A stretch of 64,000 nucleotides of DNA from the NCBI GenBank assembly GCA_016214565.1, contig JACROE010000002.1, positions 600,007 to 664,006 on the forward strand, written 5' to 3'. This stretch comes from Candidatus Kerfeldbacteria bacterium. GTDB lineage: Bacteria > Patescibacteriota > Patescibacteriia > UBA10025 > JAHIVO01. Both the position numbers and the translations under genes were made by a program. The stretch's first letter is position 1, and every line of letters begins with the position of its first letter. This document shows, piece after piece, positions 9,755 through 20,737 of the stretch. Below the pieces are notes generated by a model that made no database searches, had not been told where the DNA came from, and worked only from the letters and a program-made list of their open reading frames with translations.

Positions 9755-11323
9755 TTAGTGAGTAGATGATGAGTGAGTGATTTCGAGCTTGGTAATCAGC
9801 TCGAGGGTGGCGCCGACAGTAATGGCGAAATTCCATTGACCGACGCGGTGCCGAAGTAATTCATTAGTTGATAATTGTGCCAGGTCGCCCCCCAGTGCCT
9901 GATAGCCAGCCTGGGCCCAGGCGGCTACCGCGGGCAATGATTGTGCTTCTGTGGTCCGTTGGTACGGCTTGATGCCGCCTTTGGCGCTACGGAAGTACAG
10001 CAGGGAGGGTTTCGTTTTCATAGGAATGCCCGATTCATCGGTAGGAAAGTCGAGCAGTTTCGGCTGGAGTTGACTGATGACGGTGCGGGGGAACCGGTTG
10101 GCAAGTTTGTCAGCGCGGCGGAGGCCGATGGCATAGCGGATGAAACGGGCGTCTAAGAATGGCGAGGTAGTAGTGAAGCGCGTGCGGTATAGGGCGATCC
10201 CTAGGCCGATGAAATTGCGTACCCGCTGCGTGGCGTAGAAAAGATCCAGTCCATCACCGAACCGATAGCCGGGTTGATAGACTGACTGCGCCATGCGGCG
10301 GGGATTAAGGGCTTGGACAAAAGCGGAGTTGGGTGAGAGCGTGGTACTTATTTCCGCGGCAATGCAGCGGTTTACCTGGTGTTGTCGCTCAATCCATTTA
10401 TCCCAGCCAGAGACATGCAGCATGTCCAGTGCGCTGGCGATGAATCCTTTATCAAAGAGGCTGCTGCGGGCAAATTCGCCGTTGGATCCGGCGAGATGGA
10501 TGGCCGCTGGGTTAAACGGAACTTTCTGGGCGTAAATGCCGGTGTGCCAGTGCAGGAAAACTTTTTCTCCGCTGGTTACTTTCAATATGTTTTCGGCGGC
10601 GGCAGGGTAGTCTTCGGCAGTGAGGTCCACGCGGGAGAAAGGGTAGCCAGTTGCCTGTGCCAGTTGTGCTGCGATGCAGGGGTCGGTTGCCTCGGCATTG
10701 CCCATGCAGCCGGTTTGCACATTGCGCTTCAGATGGGAGAGGCCGGCCAGGAGCGCTCGGCTGTCATAGCCAGCGCTTAAGGAGAGTGAGAAATTATTGT
10801 GTTCAGGCAATTCTGAGAGCAGTTCGACGAGTAGACTGCCGGCGTCCTGAATGCGCGAGTCGTATCGATTGGATTGGTAGGCCTCCTGCCAAAAGGGTTC
10901 TGTTTCAATCTGCAGTTTGCCGCCGGTGCTGATCATGATGCTGGCAGCCGGGACACGTTGTATCTTGGCGTGGAGCGACCGGTTAGCGAGGACGTGGTCA
11001 AAGAGTGCTACCTGCGCCAGGGCTTGGTAATCCCATTCCCATGGCAGCTGGGCAGCTCGGCAGCAGTCAAATACGTTTGCGGCATGAACGCATGCCGTTG
11101 GCGTTTGATAATAGAAGTACGGGATGGCGGAAACGACGGTAGAGATAAAAATCGTCAGCGGTTTGCCAGAATCGCGGTCGATGCCGTCTGCTACCAGGAT
11201 GAAGTCTCCTTTGAGTGATGATGGTTTGGTTCCGGTGGAAACACGCTTCAGAATATCAGCTGGCGCTTCAGGTGAATATCCGTGCAGGACAATCGTCGGG
11301 TCAGTACGAAAAGAAAATTGCAT
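9755..11323 (-). CDS. Asparagine synthase-related protein (PP-loop amidotransferase/ligase)
   Basis: LSLSAGYDSR PP-loop, LAGSNGEFAR, SPFLD; no N-terminal catalytic Cys; start uncertain (11323 or 11398). Confidence 0.75.
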   Translation of the reverse strand: MQFSFRTDPTIVLHGYSPEAPADILKRVSTGTKPSSLKGDFILVADGIDRDSGKPLTIFISTVVSAIPYFYYQTPTACVHAANVFDCCRAAQLPWEWDYQALAQVALFDHVLANRSLHAKIQRVPAASIMISTGGKLQIETEPFWQEAYQSNRYDSRIQDAGSLLVELLSELPEHNNFSLSLSAGYDSRALLAGLSHLKRNVQTGCMGNAEATDPCIAAQLAQATGYPFSRVDLTAEDYPAAAENILKVTSGEKVFLHWHTGIYAQKVPFNPAAIHLAGSNGEFARSSLFDKGFIASALDMLHVSGWDKWIERQHQVNRCIAAEISTTLSPNSAFVQALNPRRMAQSVYQPGYRFGDGLDLFYATQRVRNFIGLGIALYRTRFTTTSPFLDARFIRYAIGLRRADKLANRFPRTVISQLQPKLLDFPTDESGIPMKTKPSLLYFRSAKGGIKPYQRTTEAQSLPAVAAWAQAGYQALGGDLAQLSTNELLRHRVGQWNFAITVGATLELITKLEITHSSSTH

Positions 11324-11409
11324 ACAGTCTAAATGTTTTTGGTGGGCGAAACCCCGACGATTCCTCGATGCTCGGAATGTACGGGGCAGGGAGGACATGA
11401 GTCAAGGTG

Positions 11410-11496
11410 TGGTGCCGCGGGGGAGACTTGAACTCCCATGCCCTTGCGGGCACATGGCCCTGAACCATGCGTGTCTGCCAATTTCACCACCGCGGC
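11410..11496 (-). tRNA. tRNA-Leu(CAG)
   Basis: GCCGCGG acceptor, anticodon arm CATGG-TTCAGGG-CCATG, long variable arm, GTTCAAG T-loop, encoded CCA. Confidence 0.95.
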
Positions 11497-11568
11497 AAAT
11501 ATGTAATTATGGACAATCAAATCCGTGGAGTTTATCCCGCCGTTTGGCGGGACCATTCGCCCCCAGGA

Positions 11569-13386
11569 TTATTCCCAACCGAGTCGGGTCTTGATATACC
11601 AGTTCGTGATGCCATTCAATCGATCCGAGGGGACCGTGATGCGGGCGGCGCCGATACCGTGAATAGATCGGTTCACCGGATAGTCATAGGATGGGCTGAA
11701 GAGAAATACCGCCGGCATGTCTGCAATCAAGATATTTTGGAATTCAATATATTTTTGCGCGCGCTCATCAGGGTTGTCGGTTTTGCGCGCTTCTTCCAGC
11801 AATTTATCAGCCTCTTTATTGAAATAATTTGCCAGATTGAGGCCGCCATTCAGGCTCTGACTGGAGTGCCAGAAAGGATAGGGATCGGGATCGGTGCCAA
11901 GGATTTCACCGTAGAGAAATGCCTCGTAGTTGCGCGGTTTGATGACTTCTTTATCCACGCGATTCGGATTCATTATTTTGAGTTCGACACCCACACCGAC
12001 TGCCTCCCAATTTTCACGAAGGATGTCGGCAGTTTTTAAATACTCAGGTTGGTCGACGGTCGTTAGGGAGAATTTGAGCTCCGCGCCATTCTTCTGTCGC
12101 AGCCCGCCTCCTTCTGGTACTTTCCATCCTTGTTCCTCGAGCACAGCCGCGGCTCGCTCCGCATTGTAATCAAATCGTTCAATAGTGGGATTATAGCCGA
12201 GGAATCCCTCGAGGATAGGGGCGGAAACAATAGTGCCCTGGTTATTTAAAGCTTCTGTCAGAATACGGTTTTTGTCCGTAGCCAGGGAGAGCGCCTTGGT
12301 TACGTTTTCATTTTTGAAGATATCATTTTTTTGGTTGAAAAAAACGGCGGTGTACTGCGGCAGCTGCAAATGGTGGATTTCAACATGTTTACTCTCCGCA
12401 AAACTGTCACGGTAATCCTTGGGAATGTAGCTGATGCCATCGGTATTGCCGTTTTTTAGAGCCGTCAGCGCGGTTTCGAAATCCGGGTAGAATTTGAACA
12501 GTAATTGATCAATAAAAGGAGCGGCCGTGTAGTAGCTGTCGTTACGGATGAGTAAATAGGTACGGATGGTGCCGGATTGTTCTTTGGTCAATTCGGAGAA
12601 TTTATACGGCCCAGAACCAATCGGTCGAGTATTAAATTCAGCTAAACGGAAATTGGCAGGCTGGACATCGCCCCAGACATGCATGGGCAGAATGCCGACG
12701 GTAAGATTTGAGAGGAAAGGGGCAAACGGTTCGGGTAGGGTAAAGGTAACCGTGCGGTCATCTATGCGATCGACGGTAACCCCACGGAAGGTAGAGTAGA
12801 GCGGGCTCGAGAAGTCAGGGTCAGTGATCAGTTGGAAAGTAAAAACTACATCATCAGCCAGGAGCGCATTGCCATTGTGCCAGGTCAATCCTTCGCGCAG
12901 CACCACCGTGTATACTTTCTTATCTTCTGAGAGCGTGTAGGATTCTGCGAGGTCGGGCTGGAGTTCTAATTGTTCATCAAAACGGAAGAGCCCCGAGTAG
13001 AGCAGTTTCGATAAGTCGCGATCAACGTCGCTCTGAGCCAGTATCGGATTCACATACGTGGGCTGGCCGATCAGGGCCTCGCTGTATTCACCGCCTGATT
13101 CAGGCAGATAGACGACGTGGCGCTGGTAAAAACTGAAAAAGAGAAAGGCAACCCCCAGGATAATGATTCCAGTACACAGGCGGATGATGAGACGTTCTCG
13201 TTTCGAGAGGTACTCCGGCACGTACTGCAATTGTTCCCAGGTGGGGAACCGCTTCTTGGCTAATGAAAAAACAAGCTGCCGATCCCATTGGGCGCGCTCA
13301 TCAGGAAGCGGTGGCCGGATGGGTTCCGCTTGAGGAGTGCTATTCTGTTTGGTACGAAATCGAAGTTTCGAGAAAAATTGTTTCAC
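11569..13386 (-). CDS. Peptide ABC transporter substrate-binding protein (family 5, OppA/DppA-like)
   Basis: LYSGLFR, PDLAESY, LREGLTWHNG..ADDVVFT, PIGSGPYKF. Confidence 0.9.
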   Translation of the reverse strand: MKQFFSKLRFRTKQNSTPQAEPIRPPLPDERAQWDRQLVFSLAKKRFPTWEQLQYVPEYLSKRERLIIRLCTGIIILGVAFLFFSFYQRHVVYLPESGGEYSEALIGQPTYVNPILAQSDVDRDLSKLLYSGLFRFDEQLELQPDLAESYTLSEDKKVYTVVLREGLTWHNGNALLADDVVFTFQLITDPDFSSPLYSTFRGVTVDRIDDRTVTFTLPEPFAPFLSNLTVGILPMHVWGDVQPANFRLAEFNTRPIGSGPYKFSELTKEQSGTIRTYLLIRNDSYYTAAPFIDQLLFKFYPDFETALTALKNGNTDGISYIPKDYRDSFAESKHVEIHHLQLPQYTAVFFNQKNDIFKNENVTKALSLATDKNRILTEALNNQGTIVSAPILEGFLGYNPTIERFDYNAERAAAVLEEQGWKVPEGGGLRQKNGAELKFSLTTVDQPEYLKTADILRENWEAVGVGVELKIMNPNRVDKEVIKPRNYEAFLYGEILGTDPDPYPFWHSSQSLNGGLNLANYFNKEADKLLEEARKTDNPDERAQKYIEFQNILIADMPAVFLFSPSYDYPVNRSIHGIGAARITVPSDRLNGITNWYIKTRLGWE

Positions 13387-13425
13387 AGGAGCTTATGCGG
13401 GCGATGACTGGCAGACGGTGCCTGG

Positions 13426-13647
13426 CTAGCGTTGGACTAGGACGTTTGTCAGCGATACGCCGAAGAAAAGGAGACTTAAGACAATGGTTGCAAAAAATAA
13501 GGTTTTTTCAAATCCCCGCTTGGTGCGGAAGACGTTTTCGCCACCACCAAAGGCAGATCCCAGGCCGGTACCTTTATTTTGAAGCAGAATTGCAGTAATT
13601 AAGAATCCGGCAAGGACGATTTGTGCAATATTGAATATGTTTCCCAT
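13426..13647 (-). CDS. secG: Preprotein translocase subunit SecG
   Basis: ILLQNKGTGLGSAFGG and RGFEKTLF; two TM helices. Confidence 0.92.
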   Translation of the reverse strand: MGNIFNIAQIVLAGFLITAILLQNKGTGLGSAFGGGENVFRTKRGFEKTLFFATIVLSLLFFGVSLTNVLVQR

Positions 13648-13706
13648 ATAATGAAAATACGTAACTCAAGTGTTCATGAGTATCAGGAACCATACCAAAG
13701 CAAGGC

Positions 13707-13862
13707 CTACCTGTCAAGCGGGCGTTTGCGCCGGATGATCAGGCGTTGCAGCTCTTTAACCCGGCGGCCAGATACGGCCATGGCCGGATGTTTGCGGCGC
13801 TGGCGGCGGGTGGCGCGGCGTTCCAGCGCGGCCTCGATGGCTTCGGGGGTGGATTCGGTCAT
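13707..13862 (-). CDS. Small basic protein (51 aa) coupled to uvrC, not in ORF track
   Basis: ATGA overlap with uvrC stop; MTESTPEAIEAALERRATRRQRRKHPAMAVSGRRVKELQRLIIRRKRPLDR. Confidence 0.55.
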   Translation of the reverse strand: MTESTPEAIEAALERRATRRQRRKHPAMAVSGRRVKELQRLIIRRKRPLDR

Positions 13863-15652
13863 AATGATTCTTTTATTCGTTTGGCAAGCGTGGCGCCAAC
13901 CAGACGGGTCAGTGCCTCCATTGATTGGTTGCGAACGTGTCGCACCGATCCAAACTCCTTAAGTAGTTTCTTCTTGGTGTGAGCGCCAACGCCTGGCACA
14001 TCATCAAGGCGGGAATGGGTAGTCGCCCGGCCATGGCGAGAACGGTAGAAGGTGATGGCGAAGCGGTGCGCTTCGTCGCGCATTCGTTGGATGAGATAGA
14101 GCGCCTCGGAGTCAGCTGGGAAATGCAGCGGTGTTTTTCGACCCGGCACAAAGATGGCCTCTTCTTTTTTTGCTAAAGCAATGACTGGGCATGGGATCGT
14201 TACGCCCTCACGCACGGTATTCAGTTGACCTTTGCCGCCGTCCAGGATGACCAGGTCCGGTTGCGGCCAGCCCCCCCTCTCCCCAGCCCTCTCCCCCGAA
14301 GTGGGAGAGGGGGTGGGTTTTTGGTGCTGGAAACGGCGTTGGAGCATCTCAGTCAGCATGGCAAAGTCGTTTGCGCCGACCACGGTTTTGATTTTGAATT
14401 TGCGATACCATTGCTTATCTGGCTGGCCATCGGTAAAGACCACCATGGAGCCGACGGCGTTCGTTCCTTGAATGTTTGAGATGTCATAGGTTTCGATTCG
14501 GCGAGGTGGTTTGGGTAATTTTAGTAATTCTTTGAACGCTCCGAGGGCTTGCTGGATCTTGCGCGTGTCTTTTTCCCATGACGCCTTTTGTTGTTCAAGA
14601 TAGTTGAGCGCATTTTCTCGACCGAGGGTCAGGTATTGGCGCTTCGCTCCGCGCCGCGGTATGATTACGGTAGTCTTAAACGTTTTATTGATGAGGGCTG
14701 CATTGGGTAGTGTTGTTGGAACAAGGATGGCGGGCGGGGTATTGGTATGCTGGGCGTAGAACCGTTCGATGAACGCTTGCAGCACCTCAGCATCCGATTG
14801 CTCAGCGGTATTGGTCAGTAGGAAGTCCTGCTTAGCAATCAGTTTTCCCTGCCGGACGGCGAAGAGATTGACCGCGGCGCGGGCGCCTTCGCGCGCCACG
14901 CTGATAATGTCGTAGTGCTCTTGGCGCGGCGAAACAACTTTCTGCTTTTCCATCATGCGCTCGATGGCCTGGATTTTATCGCGAAGCAACGCCGCTCGTT
15001 CAAACTGATGATCAGCCGCGCGCTTCTTCATTTCTTGTTGCAACTCGGTCACGATGTCCTGGTAGTCGCCATTCAAGAAGCGGATAATCCGGTTAATGGT
15101 GCGGCGGTAGTCGGTAGGGTCAGCCGGACCCATCAGTTCTGGATAGCGTCGGACGTAGTACTCCAATTGGTGCTTCGATGGCTGGGTGGGGAAGTTACGG
15201 TGGGGGAATAATTTACGTAGGGTGTGAAGGGTTTCCCGAACCGCAAAGGCAGAAGTATAGGGGCCGAAATATTTTGCCTTATCCTGGAGGATGCGGCGGA
15301 CGGTGAAGACCCGCGGGTATTCCTCGGCCAGACTGATTTTGATATAGAGAAAATTTTTGTCGTCCTTCAGGTCAATGTTGTACGGTGGCTGGTGGCGCTT
15401 GATCAGGCTGGACTCCAGGAGCAGTGCTTCGGTTTCCGACGAGGTGATGATGTACTCCAGCTTGGCAATCTTCCCCACCATGATCTGCTTGGTGGGCGAG
15501 TGCTTTGCCGCGGAATGGAAATAGGAGGAGACGCGGTGCCGGAGCTGCTTGGCTTTGCCGATATACAGCAGGGCGCCGGTCGCATCTTTGAACTGGTAGA
15601 CGCCGGGTTTGAGAGGGATTTTTGAGAGATTAATGTGTTTCGGGGCAGGCAT
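13859..15652 (-). CDS. uvrC: Excinuclease ABC subunit C
   Basis: GIY-YIG PGVYQF..LYIGKA..LR.RV.SYF, UVR domain, ETYDISNIQG, DGGKGQL, QRMRDEAHRFA, HhH. Confidence 0.97.
   Translation of the reverse strand: MPAPKHINLSKIPLKPGVYQFKDATGALLYIGKAKQLRHRVSSYFHSAAKHSPTKQIMVGKIAKLEYIITSSETEALLLESSLIKRHQPPYNIDLKDDKNFLYIKISLAEEYPRVFTVRRILQDKAKYFGPYTSAFAVRETLHTLRKLFPHRNFPTQPSKHQLEYYVRRYPELMGPADPTDYRRTINRIIRFLNGDYQDIVTELQQEMKKRAADHQFERAALLRDKIQAIERMMEKQKVVSPRQEHYDIISVAREGARAAVNLFAVRQGKLIAKQDFLLTNTAEQSDAEVLQAFIERFYAQHTNTPPAILVPTTLPNAALINKTFKTTVIIPRRGAKRQYLTLGRENALNYLEQQKASWEKDTRKIQQALGAFKELLKLPKPPRRIETYDISNIQGTNAVGSMVVFTDGQPDKQWYRKFKIKTVVGANDFAMLTEMLQRRFQHQKPTPSPTSGERAGERGGWPQPDLVILDGGKGQLNTVREGVTIPCPVIALAKKEEAIFVPGRKTPLHFPADSEALYLIQRMRDEAHRFAITFYRSRHGRATTHSRLDDVPGVGAHTKKKLLKEFGSVRHVRNQSMEALTRLVGATLAKRIKESL
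14272..14317. repeat. GC-rich palindromic element inserted in frame in uvrC
   Basis: CCCTCTCCC(14287-95) pairs with GGGAGAGGG(14303-11), preceded by CCCTCTCCCCAG; encodes PTPSPTSGERAGERGG. Confidence 0.6.
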
Positions 15653-15745
15653 AGAGCCAGTATAGCATGGCTAGCTCTTGACCAGTCTTGACAGCGGGTG
15701 TATACTGGCTTCCGAATTGTTTATCAATTTTTGTGTTACCAGCGT

Positions 15746-18622
15746 ATGCCTGCTCGTACCAAGAAAGCCATTGCCAAGACCCCCTCGACTCAACCGGTTA
15801 TCTCGATTCGCGGCGCGCGGGTACACAATCTCAAGAACATCTCTCTGGACATTCCCCGGGACAAATTAGTGGTGATTACCGGTATTTCCGGTTCAGGAAA
15901 ATCATCGCTGGCTTTTGATACCATTTACGCCGAAGGACAGCGCCGCTACGTCGAATCATTGTCCGCCTACGCGCGCCAATTCCTCGGTCTGATGGACAAA
16001 CCTGATGTGGATCAGATCGACGGTTTATCACCCGCCATTTCTATTGATCAGAAATCGACTTCGCATAATCCTCGCTCGACCGTTGGCACGGTGACTGAGA
16101 TTTATGATTACCTTCGTTTGCTTTTTGCCCGCGTCGGTACTCCACACTGTCCGCAGTGTGGCCGGATTGTTTCCAAACAAACCATTGAGCAGATCACTGA
16201 TCAGGTGTTGTCCCTGTCGCAGGGCACCCAATTCATGATTATGGCGCCGGTTATTCGCAGTCAAAAAGGGGAACACAAGAAAGTGGTGAGCGAAGTACGC
16301 AAAGCCGGTTATGTTCGTATTCGGATTGACGGGGATCTGTATCCGATTGAGGAAGCGGAAGACATGACATTAGACAAGCAGAAGAAGCACGATCTGGAAG
16401 TGGTGGTAGACCGGCTCACCAATGACAAATCTCTTGAGCAGCAGCGCTTGCGTGAGTCACTCGAAGCCGCGCTCGATTTGGGTGACGGCTTGGTTATCAT
16501 TCATGACGCGGACAAAAAAGTTGATCACTTGTATTCACAGCATTTTGCTTGTCCGCATTGTCATATTAATCTCCCGCCCATTGAACCGCGTAATTTTTCT
16601 TTTAATAATCCACACGGCGCCTGCCCTGACTGTACGGGCTTGGGTACTCGACTTGAGATTGATCCGGAAATGGTCATCCCCAATGACCGCCTGACCATCG
16701 CCGAAGGTGCTATCCGCCCCTGGGCACGCACCACAGCCAATCAGGCCTGGTATCTCCGGTTCCTGGAGAAGGTGGCGCTGGCGAATGGTTTTTCTCTGGA
16801 TGTACCCGTGAATACATTGACGAAAAAACAGCTGGACATGATTCTCTACGGAACGGGAACGCAGGAGTACACCATGGATTATTCCAGTGATCGGTTTGAA
16901 GGTGAGTTTACTAAGAATTTCGAAGGGGTGATTCCCAATCTGATGCGCCGGTACAAAGAAACTCAATCTGATTATATCCGCTTGGAGATTGAAAAATTCA
17001 TGCGTGTGTTGCCCTGTCCCACTTGTCTGGGTAAACGACTGAAGCCAGAAGCGCTCGCGGTATTAATTGATAAGAAATCAATTGCCGACATCAGCGCTAT
17101 GACCGTCGAGCATGCCCGCGATTTCTTCGCCACATTGGCCTTTGCCAGTGAACAGCACAAGACGATTGCCCGGCAGATCCTCAAAGAGATTTCCGCGCGA
17201 TTGCAATTCCTGAATAATGTGGGTCTCGACTATTTGACGCTGGATCGCGGTGCCTCCACCCTGGCTGGTGGTGAAGCGCAGCGGATCAGACTCGCTACTC
17301 AGATCGGTTCTTCACTGGTGGGAGTCGTCTACATATTAGATGAGCCATCGATTGGCCTCCATCAGCGCGATAATGAAAAATTGATAGAAACGCTGATTAC
17401 CCTGAAAGAGCTTGGTAACACCGTGATTGTCGTTGAGCATGATGAAGGCACCATTCTTGCTTCAGATTATGTGGTAGATATTGGTCCCGGTGCGGGAGAA
17501 CATGGCGGGCATGTAGTAGCCGCTGGTACGCCGCAGGAAATCATGAAGGATAAGAATTCATTGACCGGTCAATATATCTCTGGCCGATTATCCATCCCGG
17601 CACCCAAAGAATACCGCAAGGGCAATGGTAAATATCTCACGATCAAAGGTGCGTCTGAATTCAACCTCAAAAATGTTGATGCGAAATTCCCTCTCGGGAA
17701 ATTCATCTGTATCACTGGCGTGTCTGGTTCGGGCAAATCAACGCTGATGACCGACATATTGGCCAAGGCATTAGCACAAAAATTCTACCGTGCCAAAGAA
17801 GTGCCTGGTAAACATGTTGGTCTGGAAGGCACCGAGCATCTCGATAAGGTCATCGTGATTGACCAGTCGCCGATTGGCCGTACTCCGCGCTCCAACCCCG
17901 CCACCTATACGGGCGTCTTTACCTACATCCGTGATCTCTTTTCCCAAGTGCCGGAAGCGCGCATCCGTGGATACTCACCCGGGCGGTTTAGTTTCAATGT
18001 CGTGGGTGGTCGCTGTGAAGCCTGCCAGGGCGATGGCCTGGTGAAGATTGAAATGCAATTTTTACCCGACGTCTACGTGGAATGTGAGGAGTGCAAAGGC
18101 CATCGGTACAATGCCCAAGCCTTGGAGATTCATTACCGCAGCAAGAATATTTCCGACGTGCTTAATATGACGGTGGAAGAGGCGATGTATTTCTTCCAGA
18201 ATCAGCCAGCCATCCATAGCAAAATGAAGACATTGTATGAAGTGGGTCTGGGCTATGTGCACCTGGGGCAATCAGCCACCACGCTCTCGGGCGGTGAAGC
18301 CCAGCGGGTGAAGCTGGCTACCGAATTATCACGTCGAGCCACGGGCAAGACACTCTACATCCTGGATGAGCCAACCACCGGTTTGCACTTCGATGACGTG
18401 AAGCGGCTCTTGAGTGTTTTGAATCAGTTGGTTGATAAGGGAAACACCGTGCTCGTCATTGAACACAATTTGGACATTATCAAATCAGCCGATTGGTTGA
18501 TCGACCTCGGTCCTGAGGGTGGCAGCAAGGGTGGAGAAATTGTGGCTCAAGGTACGCCGCGTGAAGTCGTGAAAGTGGTGCGCAGTTACACCGGCAAATT
18601 TCTCAAACCACTACTGAAATAG
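15746..18622 (+). CDS. uvrA: Excinuclease ABC subunit A
   Basis: [10 protein letters not shown], two Walker A motifs GISGSGKS and GVSGSGKS, zinc fingers, LSGGEAQR. Confidence 0.98.
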   Translation: MPARTKKAIAKTPSTQPVISIRGARVHNLKNISLDIPRDKLVVITGISGSGKSSLAFDTIYAEGQRRYVESLSAYARQFLGLMDKPDVDQIDGLSPAISIDQKSTSHNPRSTVGTVTEIYDYLRLLFARVGTPHCPQCGRIVSKQTIEQITDQVLSLSQGTQFMIMAPVIRSQKGEHKKVVSEVRKAGYVRIRIDGDLYPIEEAEDMTLDKQKKHDLEVVVDRLTNDKSLEQQRLRESLEAALDLGDGLVIIHDADKKVDHLYSQHFACPHCHINLPPIEPRNFSFNNPHGACPDCTGLGTRLEIDPEMVIPNDRLTIAEGAIRPWARTTANQAWYLRFLEKVALANGFSLDVPVNTLTKKQLDMILYGTGTQEYTMDYSSDRFEGEFTKNFEGVIPNLMRRYKETQSDYIRLEIEKFMRVLPCPTCLGKRLKPEALAVLIDKKSIADISAMTVEHARDFFATLAFASEQHKTIARQILKEISARLQFLNNVGLDYLTLDRGASTLAGGEAQRIRLATQIGSSLVGVVYILDEPSIGLHQRDNEKLIETLITLKELGNTVIVVEHDEGTILASDYVVDIGPGAGEHGGHVVAAGTPQEIMKDKNSLTGQYISGRLSIPAPKEYRKGNGKYLTIKGASEFNLKNVDAKFPLGKFICITGVSGSGKSTLMTDILAKALAQKFYRAKEVPGKHVGLEGTEHLDKVIVIDQSPIGRTPRSNPATYTGVFTYIRDLFSQVPEARIRGYSPGRFSFNVVGGRCEACQGDGLVKIEMQFLPDVYVECEECKGHRYNAQALEIHYRSKNISDVLNMTVEEAMYFFQNQPAIHSKMKTLYEVGLGYVHLGQSATTLSGGEAQRVKLATELSRRATGKTLYILDEPTTGLHFDDVKRLLSVLNQLVDKGNTVLVIEHNLDIIKSADWLIDLGPEGGSKGGEIVAQGTPREVVKVVRSYTGKFLKPLLK

Positions 18623-18651
18623 GACCTCTTTTCCGATAGTGAAACATCCGT

Positions 18652-18710
18652 TCCTCATTCCGAACTTGTTTCGGAATCTCGGAGATCCTGAAATGAATTC
18701 AGGATGAGGA
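18652..18710. repeat. REP-like double-hairpin element, copy 1 (between convergent genes)
   Basis: CCTCATTCCGAACTTGTTTCGGAATCTC..GAGATCCTGAAATGAATTCAGGATGAGG; near-identical copy at 26048-26107. Confidence 0.75.
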
Positions 18711-19421
18711 CTATTGTAGCAGTGGAAACTTAAATATCTCCTCCAGCACCCGATCCGTTTCGCAATCAAGGAGAATCTCATGTCCAGAGCGCTCCAGCCA
18801 AACGAGTTCTTTGTCGGCACTCGGAATAGTGTCATAGATATGCCGAGCCCCTGATGGTGCGGCGACTTTATCGTTATGTGAATGGATGATGCGCACGGGC
18901 TGGGTGACTTTTTCCAGGACACTGTCGAAGTGTTGAGTGCGGAGCCAGAAGTGTCGAAATGCAGTCGAAGGGAACCAGGCATAGCCCTGGTCATTTTTGG
19001 CATAGGCGAAGGAGCTGAATTTAGCGATGCTGGGATTGGGCACGCGCGGAATGACGCGGCTGACCACGCGGGTGTAGCGCGCCAGACGAGAGTAGAAGTG
19101 GAGGCAGGAGGACAAGAGTACCAGCCCTAAAATTTGTTTCGGGTATTTTGCAGCTAGTTCCAGTGCCAGGAGCGCTCCCATGGAGAGGGCAATGATGAGT
19201 ATTGGCCGAGTTTTGGGCTGGAGATACTGCAGGGCTTGCTCCACATCGTACTGCCAGTCTTCCCAGCGAGCATTTACCAAATCACCCGGCGTGGTGCCGT
19301 GGCCGGCCAGGATGGGGTAGTGCCATTCGATGCCGCGCTTGTCCAATTCAGGAATCACCGCTTCCAGGCTGGAGCGGTGCGAGGTGAAACCGTGGATAAG
19401 CAGTACGGCGGGTTTGGGCAT
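18711..19421 (-). CDS. Alpha/beta hydrolase (carboxylesterase-like)
   Basis: LLIHGFT, nucleophile elbow ALSMGA, catalytic Asp (NDKV) and His (SGHEI). Confidence 0.88.
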   Translation of the reverse strand: MPKPAVLLIHGFTSHRSSLEAVIPELDKRGIEWHYPILAGHGTTPGDLVNARWEDWQYDVEQALQYLQPKTRPILIIALSMGALLALELAAKYPKQILGLVLLSSCLHFYSRLARYTRVVSRVIPRVPNPSIAKFSSFAYAKNDQGYAWFPSTAFRHFWLRTQHFDSVLEKVTQPVRIIHSHNDKVAAPSGARHIYDTIPSADKELVWLERSGHEILLDCETDRVLEEIFKFPLLQ

Positions 19422-19493
19422 AGTGGTAGTGTAGCATAATTTTATTATTAATCATGTATTAATTAATATTATTTTATGGTAATGTGGGTTGGT

Positions 19494-19736
19494 ATGACCG
19501 ATACAAAATTATCCGGCCACGTCGATTCAGACAAGCACATCGCCATCTACACCGCTGCCGATGGCACTGTCCACCGATTGAGTAGTTATTGCACCCATGA
19601 GTTCTGTGATGTGGAATGGGATGGCAATGAAAACAATTGGCACTGCCCCTGCCATGGCGCGCGGTATGCCCCGACCGGCGCCGTCATAAAAGGCCCGGCC
19701 ACCGAGCCATTGCGTACCCTACGCGATCACGAATAG
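19494..19736 (+). CDS. Stand-alone Rieske [2Fe-2S] domain protein
   Basis: CTHEFC and CPCHGARY; GPATEPL. Confidence 0.88.
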   Translation: MTDTKLSGHVDSDKHIAIYTAADGTVHRLSSYCTHEFCDVEWDGNENNWHCPCHGARYAPTGAVIKGPATEPLRTLRDHE

Positions 19737-19831
19737 TATCTTGACACCCGAGCCTCGCCGTGGTAGGTTCGGGCTGTTTTGATATATTGTTCGTTCGTAA
19801 CTATCATCACAATTCTGCGTGGAGGTGAGGC

Positions 19832-20110
19832 ATGTCTCGTGCATTTCCTACCAAACGGCAGTTGGTGGCCAAGTATCTCGAGTGGGCGCATCGTCTGCCA
19901 GGGTATGGGCAGGTGACCGCGGCGATGGTCCGATCAATTCCCGCCGAGGATTTGCGGCGATGGTATTTCAAGGGAGAGTATCCCCGGAAAGGCTGGTCGC
20001 ATATTGGCAACCAAAATGCAGCCGTGAAGCATTTCTTCGAAGATACCAGTCCGTACATGATCGCGTACACTGAGCAAAAACAGCGTCGCCAGCAGTCCGC
20101 CCGGCCGTAG
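19832..20110 (+). CDS. Hypothetical protein (92 aa)
   Basis: GGAGGTG SD; TTGACA promoter at 19741. Confidence 0.6.
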   Translation: MSRAFPTKRQLVAKYLEWAHRLPGYGQVTAAMVRSIPAEDLRRWYFKGEYPRKGWSHIGNQNAAVKHFFEDTSPYMIAYTEQKQRRQQSARP

Positions 20111-20242
20111 AAGCACCACTTCTACGGCCTGATTATTTTTAAGATCACGCGGAGGGGCTTGACAAAATGGGGGTTTTGCTGTAGTATGGTTGGTTATTGT
20201 GAAACAGAAACAAACAGTAGTATTGAACAGGAGGTTCTTTTC

Positions 20243-20668
20243 ATGTCAAAGCAGAGTCAATTATTCAATCAGGCGCGTACGCCCGTCTTCCAACAGAAGA
20301 GCTCCATTGGCCGAACCGCTCTGGTTATTGGCCTGATTCTTCTGGCCATTGTCGCGTTTGTCTTCGCGATCAACTACTTTGCTCCCAGGGAGCAGACGAT
20401 CACGGCGCAGTATCCGCACGGTATCGTGGCTGTCATCAGCTACAATGCCTACCTCGGGTATCCCGTGGTCGACTCGAGCTACACCTTAGCTCAATTGCTG
20501 GATGATCCGTGTATCATCAATATCAATTTCGACTTGCGCGAAGCAGACTCAGATGCGCGGGCATATCTCGCTTTCTCGGTGTTCCAAATGGATCCCGAAC
20601 GAGGCGAATCGTGGATACGGGCGCATGATTCACTGGAAGCAGTGACAATGCCGCTCGGCACCATTTGA
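20243..20668 (+). CDS. Single-TM hypothetical protein
   Basis: GGAGG SD before MSKQSQ; one TM helix. Confidence 0.6.
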   Translation: MSKQSQLFNQARTPVFQQKSSIGRTALVIGLILLAIVAFVFAINYFAPREQTITAQYPHGIVAVISYNAYLGYPVVDSSYTLAQLLDDPCIININFDLREADSDARAYLAFSVFQMDPERGESWIRAHDSLEAVTMPLGTI

Positions 20669-20737
20669 TGATTGACGTTTCGACGCCAATCATGACCGGG
20701 AACATATTTACATGTGTTGCCGGTCTTTTTATTATTT

